A stretch of 64,000 nucleotides of DNA from a bacterium (GTDB lineage Bacteria > Bacteroidota > Bacteroidia > Bacteroidales > WCHB1-69). Within the stretch, counting starts at the first letter, position 1; each line of letters opens with the position of its first letter. The notes beneath the pieces are model-generated. The model was not told where the DNA came from, did not search any database, and saw nothing but the letters and a program-made list of their open reading frames with translations. The DNA lies in assembly GCA_963643165.1 (NCBI GenBank), contig CAVIJD010000008.1:4397-68396 (forward strand). Reading direction: 5' to 3'. Positions 21,162 through 28,457 of this stretch are shown here, in pieces. The position numbers and the translations under genes are program-made.

Positions 21162-21185
21162 CGATGTTGGCCCTCTTCGAGGACC
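21162..21185 (-). mobile_element. Short fragment matching the 5' coding end of the ISAs1-like transposase remnant
   Basis: cgatgttggccctcttcgaggacc is the reverse complement of ggtcctcgaagagggccaacatc, found at 42624-42646 and (tcctcgaagagggccaacatcg) at 46149-46170. Confidence 0.5.
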
Positions 21186-21483
21186 GAGGGTGGAGGGGGC
21201 GCGTCGCAGCCGACGGTTCCGCTCCCTTGCGGTCGCTCCACCGCCGGTTATGGAGCAGACTGCCTGCGGCAGCCCGCTTTCACCCTCTCCGAGGGCGTTG
21301 CGGAACAGGGCAACCGCCCCCACACACCCTATCGGACTTTAGACTTGTAACTTACAACTTTAGGGCGTTGCGCAAGTCGCCCTCCTCCGTCTTAGTTCGC
21401 AAGTCAGCCGTGGCAAAGAAGTCCTCGCAGTGTTCGGGCATCGGAGATGCCCAATCAAAGGCGGCTCAACGAGTCGCCACAAG

Positions 21484-21636
21484 TTACACCAAGCCTATTA
21501 TTATCACTATCGCCCAGATGACAACAATAGCCCAATCTCCCAATCCTCCACGACTAATCATCGTCAAGGGCCACAGAAAATCCCACCTACTTATCCAACA
21601 CATAAAGATGTAAAAAGCCGCCGCTATGGTTAACAT
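21484..21636 (-). CDS. Possible 50-aa two-TM hydrophobic peptide (below the ORF-track cut-off)
   Basis: ATG 21636 to TAA 21484 gives MLTIAAAFYIFMCWISRWDFLWPLTMISRGGLGDWAIVVIWAIVIIIGLV. A-rich context precedes the ATG. No promoter box found and no homology recognised. Confidence 0.25.
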   Translation of the reverse strand: MLTIAAAFYIFMCWISRWDFLWPLTMISRGGLGDWAIVVIWAIVIIIGLV

Positions 21637-21940
21637 ATTTTTTTATTTTTATTAGGGTATTAATAATTATTTGAAAACCGATCAAAAAAAGGCTTCAAAG
21701 CACTGTTCACAATCGGATGAAGATACTAATAGAAAGCGGTTAAATGTAGTTGATGGATTTTGCATATTTTATTGGATATTAGATTATTGTATTTGCACAT
21801 ATCTTCGCTGACCAACAAAGCATGGAACAAACAGAATCTCCCCGAAAACCTTGCGGGCAAACGAGCGCGAATGCTCAGAAATATAGGCTGAAATTTTGAC
21901 CATAAAAAGAAGTTTGACTGAACACCTTAAGTTTTTTTCA

Positions 21941-23380
21941 TTAGTTTCTGAGGCAACGGACCGAACGGCCGTTGTACTTGTAGCTGTTGCTGCTGTTCAC
22001 GGTGGCGTTGTCGTAGAAGAGATACCGGTAGTACGCGCCGTAGCTATTGCCCTCGGTAGCGCTCCAGAAGCGCGCGTAGCTGCCGAAAAGGTTGTAGCTG
22101 CCGTAGTAGGTGCCGGCAGGAAACGCCGAGAAGCCCGTGGCGTTGTTGGCGGACGGATTGTTCCCGATGGCACAGCTGTTTGTGCTGCTGTCCCATCCCG
22201 TGGTGGAGGCAAGTGCCTTGGCTATATCATCATCTCTGTTTTTACCACACCTATACTTTCTGTGCTTACTAACATAATCTGTGAGTTCATCCCACTCCGC
22301 ATCGCTTGGAACGTGCCAACCTTCCGGGCAGATGCCCTGCACGCCGGACGGGTTGTCTGATGAGGATGACGAGTTGCCCATCACCGCTTTCCAGTTGTAG
22401 AGGTAGCCGTAGGTGTCGACATTGCCGGCATTGTTGTTGGGATTATAGCGGTAGGCGGTTGTGGTGCTGGTATCAGAGCCCAGAGCTATTTCCGTGCCGT
22501 CGCTGTACTTGGTGGTGCGCAGGTTCTCCTTCATCCAACACTGATTCCCAATCTGCACCGTGTTGTAAACGTTCCCTTCAACGTCCGTTACGGTTGTATC
22601 TGCTCTTTTGTTAAACGGGACCTTTAGTTTATCAACAACTTTTGCATCAGAAATATCTTCTATTACACAAGCCAACAATACCCCTGTAACAACAACAAGC
22701 AATATGAAAACCCATGTCCAGATTTTGTTTCTTTTCTTCTTCTTCAGTTCAGCATTCTCCTTGCGCAGGTCTTCTATCTCCTTGTTCTTCCGTTCTATTG
22801 CTTCCTTGTAGCCGCTCATCTTTGCGGTGTCGTACCCCTTGTCCTTGTAGATGTATGTGAAGCCGCTGGTGCAGCTGGACTTGACCATCTCTTGCTTGCT
22901 GTCTTCCGCGGTGAAACTCCTCACTGCGTCTTTGGACACACCGTAACGCACGGGCGGCAGCTCGCGGGAGGTCCCCTCCAATGCCTCAAATGCGACCTGG
23001 AGGCTTGCGGTAACCGATGCTATCTCCTCCCGGTTCTCGTAAAGTTGGCCCACCGGCGAACACAACGCACCCTTGCCGTCATAGCGGATGAGGCAGCCGT
23101 TCTGCACCATCGTCTCTATCGCCCGCTCAAAGACGCCAAACAGCCTCTTTAGTTGGGTGATGTACTTGCCGTTGATGACGGCGCACAGCCCAACATACGC
23201 TTTGCCCTCGAGTTTGCGGATGTACCCGTAGTACATCAGACCGCCGTCGCGGTGTACGGCAATCTGGGTGACCGCCTTTGCGTTGCCGGCAAATGCCGTG
23301 AAGATTTCCTTTGCATAATCGTCGGGATACTGCGAGTATCCTTCTTTGAAATTGCCGAACAGATATACAGATATGTTCAT
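21941..23380 (-). CDS. Bitopic membrane protein: N-terminal cytoplasmic domain, coiled coil, TM, extracytoplasmic FISUMP domain
   Basis: The C-terminus matches the Fibrobacter succinogenes major paralogous domain (TIGR02145): DVEGNVYNTVQIGNQCWMKENL, YGYLYNWKAV, CPEGWHVPSDAEWDEL, GFSAFPAG, SVRCLRN. TM segment IWTWVFILLVVVTGVLLACVI follows KKKKRNK (N-in). ATGA overlap with the upstream gene. Confidence 0.8.
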   Translation of the reverse strand: MNISVYLFGNFKEGYSQYPDDYAKEIFTAFAGNAKAVTQIAVHRDGGLMYYGYIRKLEGKAYVGLCAVINGKYITQLKRLFGVFERAIETMVQNGCLIRYDGKGALCSPVGQLYENREEIASVTASLQVAFEALEGTSRELPPVRYGVSKDAVRSFTAEDSKQEMVKSSCTSGFTYIYKDKGYDTAKMSGYKEAIERKNKEIEDLRKENAELKKKKRNKIWTWVFILLVVVTGVLLACVIEDISDAKVVDKLKVPFNKRADTTVTDVEGNVYNTVQIGNQCWMKENLRTTKYSDGTEIALGSDTSTTTAYRYNPNNNAGNVDTYGYLYNWKAVMGNSSSSSDNPSGVQGICPEGWHVPSDAEWDELTDYVSKHRKYRCGKNRDDDIAKALASTTGWDSSTNSCAIGNNPSANNATGFSAFPAGTYYGSYNLFGSYARFWSATEGNSYGAYYRYLFYDNATVNSSNSYKYNGRSVRCLRN

Positions 23381-23925
23381 TGCCGAGGTTTGAATATGAT
23401 CACTTTGTTCTCGTTGTCCACAGAATAGGATGCCACTCTGTCCATCACCCCGTTGCCCAACAGCAGAGGGGCCTGCACGTTGGCGGAAACCGTTGCAATA
23501 ACATCGGAACAGACGATTTGTCCTCCTATCACCAACTCGTGTAATCTGATGACCATTTTCTCAACAATGCTGCCATCGGCAATATGGACTCTGGTTGTTC
23601 CAAGTATATCATCTTCCGTAATGCAACCTTTTTCATACAGATATCTTGCTTCGGATAGGGATATCGACGTTCCGGAACAGCCGGTGTCGAATATCATCTT
23701 GACAGTGAACTGCCCGTTGATCATGACATCGATAGTTTTAACACCCCCTTGCTCCTCAAACGGCACCGAAACCTCAGAATCTGAAATCTGCGGCTCTACG
23801 ACTTCTGTTGTATCTTCCATTATATCAGACACATCGTAATAAGCAAGTGACTTTTTCTTTTCATGGCAGGATGCCAACAATGTGCCCGCCAACAACAAAA
23901 TTATTGCCTGGTGTTTCATTTTCAT
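23377..23925 (-). CDS. Retropepsin-like (clan AA) aspartic protease lipoprotein
   Basis: Lipobox LLAGTLLASC. Catalytic IFDTGCSGTSI (D-T-G) and a single-lobe size of 182 aa, typical of bacterial retropepsin-like proteins. ATGA overlaps at both ends (23377-23380, 23922-23925). Confidence 0.7.
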   Translation of the reverse strand: MKMKHQAIILLLAGTLLASCHEKKKSLAYYDVSDIMEDTTEVVEPQISDSEVSVPFEEQGGVKTIDVMINGQFTVKMIFDTGCSGTSISLSEARYLYEKGCITEDDILGTTRVHIADGSIVEKMVIRLHELVIGGQIVCSDVIATVSANVQAPLLLGNGVMDRVASYSVDNENKVIIFKPRQ

Positions 23926-25352
23926 TCTATTATCTTTACGCTCTTTGAAGCTATTTCTTCCCCGTTGCAGACATACGCTATTTTACATGTTTTGCCTGCA
24001 CTGTCTCGTTTTGCTTGTGATTTGTCACCTTGAAAAGAAAATGCATTTCCCTCCCATTTGCCGCAGTCTTGGAGTTTTTCCAAATTCTTTCCTTCCAATA
24101 CCACGTCGTAAAGATCTCCACATTTCACCTCCGATATTTCTACATCGCAATTGGATTGAGTTATGGTAATTGTGATATTGTCGTCAGAAACATTTCCTGC
24201 ACTCGGTTTTGGCACAGACGTATGCAGCCTTTCAATTTTCTTTTCCTGTTTTTTCGGTTCGTCGTTCTTTCCGTTTCGGATGGCGGCAAACACAACGACA
24301 ACGACAACGATAACAATAACGATTATAAACAAAACTTTTGTTTTTGTATCCTTACTTCCCTGGGAAGAAAGACTATTGGGGAAAAGCCGACCATCACTTT
24401 GCCGACCTTGACCCCTGCTTTCCGGTTCCTGCACATCAGAATTGCGAGAATACTGTCCTTTCGTCAACTGTTTGAGTTGCTTTTTCAAACCGGTTATCTG
24501 TCTGTCTTTGTCGGCTATCGTTTGTTTGTACCCGCTTATCTTATCGTCTATCGAAGCATAACTCTGTTTGAGTTCCAACATCTTACGGTCATTCTCAGCC
24601 TTCGCCTGTTCCACTTGTCGGCGTGCCTGTTCTTGACACTGCTTCCTTTCAGAATCGACTTTTTCTTGAGACAGCCTTTTCTGCAAGTTGATTTCGTCTT
24701 GTGCTTTCTGCTTTGTCGATTCCGTCTCTGCCTTGTACTTTGCCACCGTATTAGCAGCCGCAACCGACAGATAATAGGGTGAAACCGTCAGTGTCCCGAA
24801 TTGCTTGCCATATTCCAACGCCACACGTTTGGTGCATTCGTGGAGGTTTACATTAGGCGATGCGGTTTGAGCGTTTGCGGAAAATCCTGACAAACTGACA
24901 AGGTCTTCGTTCACGGAGAATGCACTGATGTAGTTGACAACTAAAGACTCTATCTCCTTAAGTCGGGCATCTACGTTCTGAAAATCAGCGATCAAGTATT
25001 TTGTCACATTGTTACTCTCTTGCACGCAAAGCCCAACGCACAACTTCTCGTAGGCTGCTTTCAGAACACTGTATATATTCTGCACATCGCCATAAAAAGC
25101 ATTCATGCGGAGCGTCAAGGCGAAGTAGGAACCGGTGCGTCCTTGCGAATCACAGACATTCAAGCCCTTGACCAGCGAGTAATAACTATACGTATTGCCC
25201 CCAATCGTCATGATGTCTATTTTCATGGCTTCCGGAATGTCCCATGGGAGGCCGTAGAAAGAAGACAGGTACCTTTGGTCATCGCCTTGGGGACCCCATA
25301 TTTTTTGTCCCATAGGGACCCCGTGTACAAAAAGGTTAATATTCAATCCCAT
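23922..25352 (-). CDS. Bitopic membrane protein: N-terminal domain paralogous to that of 21941-23380, long coiled coil, TM, small Cys-containing extracytoplasmic domain
   Basis: Q/K/E-rich heptad-like stretch (KAETESTKQKAQDEINLQKRLSQEKVDSERKQCQEQARRQVEQAKAEN...). TM segment VLFIIVIVIVVVVVVFAAI. C-terminal ~115 aa is beta-rich with 5 Cys. N-terminal ~120 aa can be aligned by eye with the FISUMP protein. Confidence 0.7.
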   Translation of the reverse strand: MGLNINLFVHGVPMGQKIWGPQGDDQRYLSSFYGLPWDIPEAMKIDIMTIGGNTYSYYSLVKGLNVCDSQGRTGSYFALTLRMNAFYGDVQNIYSVLKAAYEKLCVGLCVQESNNVTKYLIADFQNVDARLKEIESLVVNYISAFSVNEDLVSLSGFSANAQTASPNVNLHECTKRVALEYGKQFGTLTVSPYYLSVAAANTVAKYKAETESTKQKAQDEINLQKRLSQEKVDSERKQCQEQARRQVEQAKAENDRKMLELKQSYASIDDKISGYKQTIADKDRQITGLKKQLKQLTKGQYSRNSDVQEPESRGQGRQSDGRLFPNSLSSQGSKDTKTKVLFIIVIVIVVVVVVFAAIRNGKNDEPKKQEKKIERLHTSVPKPSAGNVSDDNITITITQSNCDVEISEVKCGDLYDVVLEGKNLEKLQDCGKWEGNAFSFQGDKSQAKRDSAGKTCKIAYVCNGEEIASKSVKIIE

Positions 25353-25360
25353 ATTTCCAC

Positions 25361-26281
25361 TTAACCATTTATAAGTTTAAGCAATGCCTGCCATAATTTG
25401 CGTGCGTAAATGGGATGACCCTCGGTATAGGTGAAACCTCCGGTGATAGTTTCGGAATAGTCTCCTGTCATAAACGGGACAAACTCGCAATTGTATTTTT
25501 GGAAGAACCTGGTGATGGGGTTTTGGTTCTCGAACGGGACAAAAATGTTTCTATACAAGTCTTGGACATTCTTGATGGCCGCACTGGTATTCACCTCTCC
25601 AACGCTATAAACAAATGGTGTCAAATCTATCTTGTTATACACAAAAACAACTTTGTCTCTTGACACCATCCTCGACTTCAAATCGCGGATTCGGGTCACA
25701 TAGTTATTGCGGGGCGTAATGTCGTTCCAGTCGGGCTCAAGCATAATAGCCCATATTTTGCGGTTAGGGCTGTTGATTATCTTGTTGACGTATGCCGGAT
25801 ACGGGCGTTTGGGGTTATCGGGGGTATAGTAGTACTCGCCCGGGGCTTCGAGAATTTGGCAAATAGGCTTGCCGTTCTTCAGGACTTTTACAAGCATAAA
25901 GCTGATATTGGAAGTACTGGTGGCCGCGCTGTTTGTGTTGATCATCTGGTCGAAATTCTCGCAGATATTCTTGTAATTCTCGTCGTATGTAGGACGGAAT
26001 GTCTTGTCTGGCACCACCGTATAACCTTGTGACTGCAAGTAACGTGTCATTCTGACCAAGGTCATCGTCTTTCCGCAGGACGGAGGGCCGTAGAGCACCA
26101 CGATAGGTGTTTTCGGGTCAGACACTATGACGGAAATGCTGTTCGGGTCATTCAACTCTGCCGCTGACAGACCTGAAATGGGCGCTGAAGTTTCCATTTC
26201 AGTTGTTACCCTATTGTCGTTCATCTCAACATTAGGCTCATGGTTTGTCGGAATCGGGCCATTATTGATTTCTATAGGCAT
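25361..26281 (-). CDS. Small P-loop GTPase-like protein (unclassified)
   Basis: G1/Walker A GPPSCGKT, G3-like hydrophobic strand plus ILEAPGE, G4 NKID (NKxD guanine-specificity motif). About 60-aa low-complexity N-terminus. Confidence 0.7.
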   Translation of the reverse strand: MPIEINNGPIPTNHEPNVEMNDNRVTTEMETSAPISGLSAAELNDPNSISVIVSDPKTPIVVLYGPPSCGKTMTLVRMTRYLQSQGYTVVPDKTFRPTYDENYKNICENFDQMINTNSAATSTSNISFMLVKVLKNGKPICQILEAPGEYYYTPDNPKRPYPAYVNKIINSPNRKIWAIMLEPDWNDITPRNNYVTRIRDLKSRMVSRDKVVFVYNKIDLTPFVYSVGEVNTSAAIKNVQDLYRNIFVPFENQNPITRFFQKYNCEFVPFMTGDYSETITGGFTYTEGHPIYARKLWQALLKLING

Positions 26282-26307
26282 AATCGTTCTATTATTTAGT
26301 TTTATAA

Positions 26308-27414
26308 TTACATTTCTCTTTTCTTGAATGTGATATCAAAGGATATAAAGGCCGCCACATCCACCAAAACAGATATTGCTATCCAGAAAATGAAAGCCAA
26401 CCGTTTTTCGGGTAGTTTACCCGTAATAAAAACTGCCCAAACATCAAACACGCTGAGCATTCTCGACACTTTTGTTTGAGGATTGTCGCATGTGTATGCT
26501 TTTTTATCCCCCTCATTTTGGAAATTTACAAAATCCTTATAGGTCTTTATGGTAGCATAGCCATCATCCAACTTGTCGCAGACTTCTTCCCGAATGTCAT
26601 GGGCATCGGTTAAAGACACAGAGTCCACTTCAATGTATTTCTTTAATTGTTCAAGATTATTCCATGCCGCTTTCGCTTCTTTTCGATAGTTATCGTTGGA
26701 GGGTGTCATTGCCTTGGCAATATTCATCTTTTTATTGTCAAGTTGCATAAGGATAGTTTGTCTGTAAGCATCGTATAGTTTCTTGCGTTCGCCTACCGAA
26801 TTGCCGACACCTGAGAGTTTGTTGATTTTGGCGACTCCAAGAATTTGGGCAATTTGTCCAAGAATTTCCTCCGTTTGAGGTCCGTTGCCAGGATTCAGAG
26901 GGTTTTTGATTTCCGCCTCCAATTCCAACAATTTAGTGTTTATCTGATTCTCCACCTCTGTACATTTAGCTTGAATTTGGGCATCTGTAACCGTATTGTC
27001 CCTGATTTGTGACAGATATCCCTGCGTTGCAGCAATGTCAGCCGTCACCGTCTCGCTTATCAAGCTTCGATAGAAAAAAGTATGTGTATTGGTGGGCATA
27101 CTGCAAAGCAGCCAAAAAACAAGCACAATGATGATGCCACCAATAAGGTTGGCACCGCGTTTTTCCATATAAATATTTTGATTCAAACTATCTGCAATCA
27201 TCTTGGTTCCCCATGAAGCAATAAAGAAGAAACCAATAGTGACAGCCCAACAAAAAGCAACGGGCCAACTATGCAAAAGCAAATGCAGCGACTCGGCTGT
27301 CGCCCAACAACTCACGGCAGCAAATGCAAGGAAGCCGCAAAAAGTGAAAATCTTAACAAACTTGTTGTCGTTCATATTTTTTATAGTGTTTTGTGGACTC
27401 CTTTTGTTTTTCAT
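26308..27414 (-). CDS. Polytopic membrane protein with central coiled-coil region (3 N-terminal and 1-2 C-terminal TM segments)
   Basis: TM segments FVKIFTFCGFLAFAAVSCWA, WPVAFCWAVTIGFFFIASWG, LIGGIIIVLVFWLLCSM and LAFIFWIAISVLVDVAAFISF. The ORF-track start 27492 is TTG. ATG candidates are at 27414 (MKNKRSPQ) and 27375 (MNDNKF). The architecture is reminiscent of DUF4407-type proteins, but this is unverified. Confidence 0.65.
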   Translation of the reverse strand: MKNKRSPQNTIKNMNDNKFVKIFTFCGFLAFAAVSCWATAESLHLLLHSWPVAFCWAVTIGFFFIASWGTKMIADSLNQNIYMEKRGANLIGGIIIVLVFWLLCSMPTNTHTFFYRSLISETVTADIAATQGYLSQIRDNTVTDAQIQAKCTEVENQINTKLLELEAEIKNPLNPGNGPQTEEILGQIAQILGVAKINKLSGVGNSVGERKKLYDAYRQTILMQLDNKKMNIAKAMTPSNDNYRKEAKAAWNNLEQLKKYIEVDSVSLTDAHDIREEVCDKLDDGYATIKTYKDFVNFQNEGDKKAYTCDNPQTKVSRMLSVFDVWAVFITGKLPEKRLAFIFWIAISVLVDVAAFISFDITFKKREM

Positions 27415-27516
27415 TTCTCTCCCCTGTCTGCCAGCTTTGTCGGCAAGACTGGCACACCGACACCGTTGAATGTTGTGAAGTCCGTTTACCAATATTCAAA
27501 GGCAATCAATGCGAGT

Positions 27517-27524
27517 CAAAAGTA
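27517..27524 (-). promoter_or_regulatory. -7 box (TActTTTG) upstream of the five-gene operon
   Basis: CAAAAGTA on the + strand equals TACTTTTG on the - strand. The same octamer precedes clpC and the gene at 63917. It is the only consensus box seen between 27415 and 27850. Confidence 0.45.
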
Positions 27525-27765
27525 ACTAAAAAACCTCTACCCCCCACCCGCAAAACTTTTTTCAACAGTCGCCATATCAGCGGTTTACGCTCGTTTTTTG
27601 ACAGTTTTTCAACCGGCGGCGGTTTGCTTCGCTTGCCGTTTTTCGGAACAAAAAGCGTTGATTCTGTTGCCAACAGTTTTCACGCTTTCCAGTTTTTACG
27701 CTTTCGCCGTTCCATTTTTTTTAGGTTAACCCACACGGCAAGTACCTACCCCCCACACACGTACG

Positions 27766-27836
27766 AGCCTCCGGCTGACGTAAGTCTTTTGGGGTTGAAT
27801 TACGCGTAACACTCTACATTCTAAATTCTACATTCT
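27766..27836. repeat. Intergenic repeat family R1, copy B
   Basis: agcctccggctgacgtaagtctt...cattctaaattctacattct, compare 17934-18006. Confidence 0.7.
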
Positions 27837-27873
27837 GCGTTAGCCATGCGTGCCGAGCGATTGGGATTTTTTC

Positions 27874-27881
27874 TATTTTTG
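27874..27881 (+). promoter_or_regulatory. -7 box (TAttTTTG) for the metal-efflux operon
   Basis: TATTTTTG lies 23 nt upstream of the ATG at 27904, supporting that start over the ORF-track start at 27850. Confidence 0.45.
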
Positions 27882-27903
27882 CCGCTGTTTGTTTTCAGTA
27901 GGC

Positions 27904-28359
27904 ATGCAGACCAAAAGGAAAATATCGCTGGTGTTTGTGTTCGTGGCTATGGCGCTGTTTCTGGCACACGCTTTCGTGCCCCATTGCTACCACGCCTGCC
28001 ACGGCTTCGTGGCCGCAGCCCACGAGCAACATGACTGCTCTCACCACGACTGCCCCACACACCACACCAACGAGACCCACTTCTGCCACGCCCACCACCT
28101 GCACGGCAATGAGGACGACTGCCTCCTGAACAAACCTTTCCTGAAGTCAACAGACAACTACGTCAAGTCCGCGCCCACCCCCCTCTCTAACGGACAAGAC
28201 GGCCACACCCTCGGCCTGGACTTCGCCATTCCGACACTCCAAGACCTCACGACACACCACTTTGCAATAGCGGCCAACGGCTTCCCAGACCTCGTGCCAC
28301 TACGCTGCATTGCTGGCTGCTACACCACTGCCGGACTGCGCGCTCCCCCATTGTGCTGA
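27904..28359 (+). CDS. His/Cys-rich membrane-anchored protein (putative metal-binding accessory protein)
   Basis: N-terminal TM/signal anchor MQTKRKISLVFVFVAMALFLAHAF, then HCYHACHGFVAAAHEQHDCSHHDCPTHHTNETHFCHAHHLHGNEDDC. First gene of the czc-type operon. Confidence 0.6.
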   Translation: MQTKRKISLVFVFVAMALFLAHAFVPHCYHACHGFVAAAHEQHDCSHHDCPTHHTNETHFCHAHHLHGNEDDCLLNKPFLKSTDNYVKSAPTPLSNGQDGHTLGLDFAIPTLQDLTTHHFAIAANGFPDLVPLRCIAGCYTTAGLRAPPLC

Positions 28360-28457
28360 TTGTCTCTTAACAGACACCTCCCCCCATTATGTTACCAAGA
28401 CCGGAGTGCTATGTTCCGGTCCAAAATCAAGTTACAATCAACACAATAATATTATAT

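Noticed and set aside
24280-24330. Short tandem (aacgac/aacaat)n-like repeat
   Set aside because: It encodes the poly-Val/Ile transmembrane helix (VIVIVVVVVVV) of the 476-aa protein on the minus strand, so it is a coding low-complexity stretch and not a regulatory repeat.
27535-27758. Direct repeat ctaccccccac at 27537-27547 and 27747-27757 flanking about 200 bp upstream of the operon
   Set aside because: It is only 11 nt, C-rich and low-complexity. That is too short to call a target-site duplication without genome-wide context.
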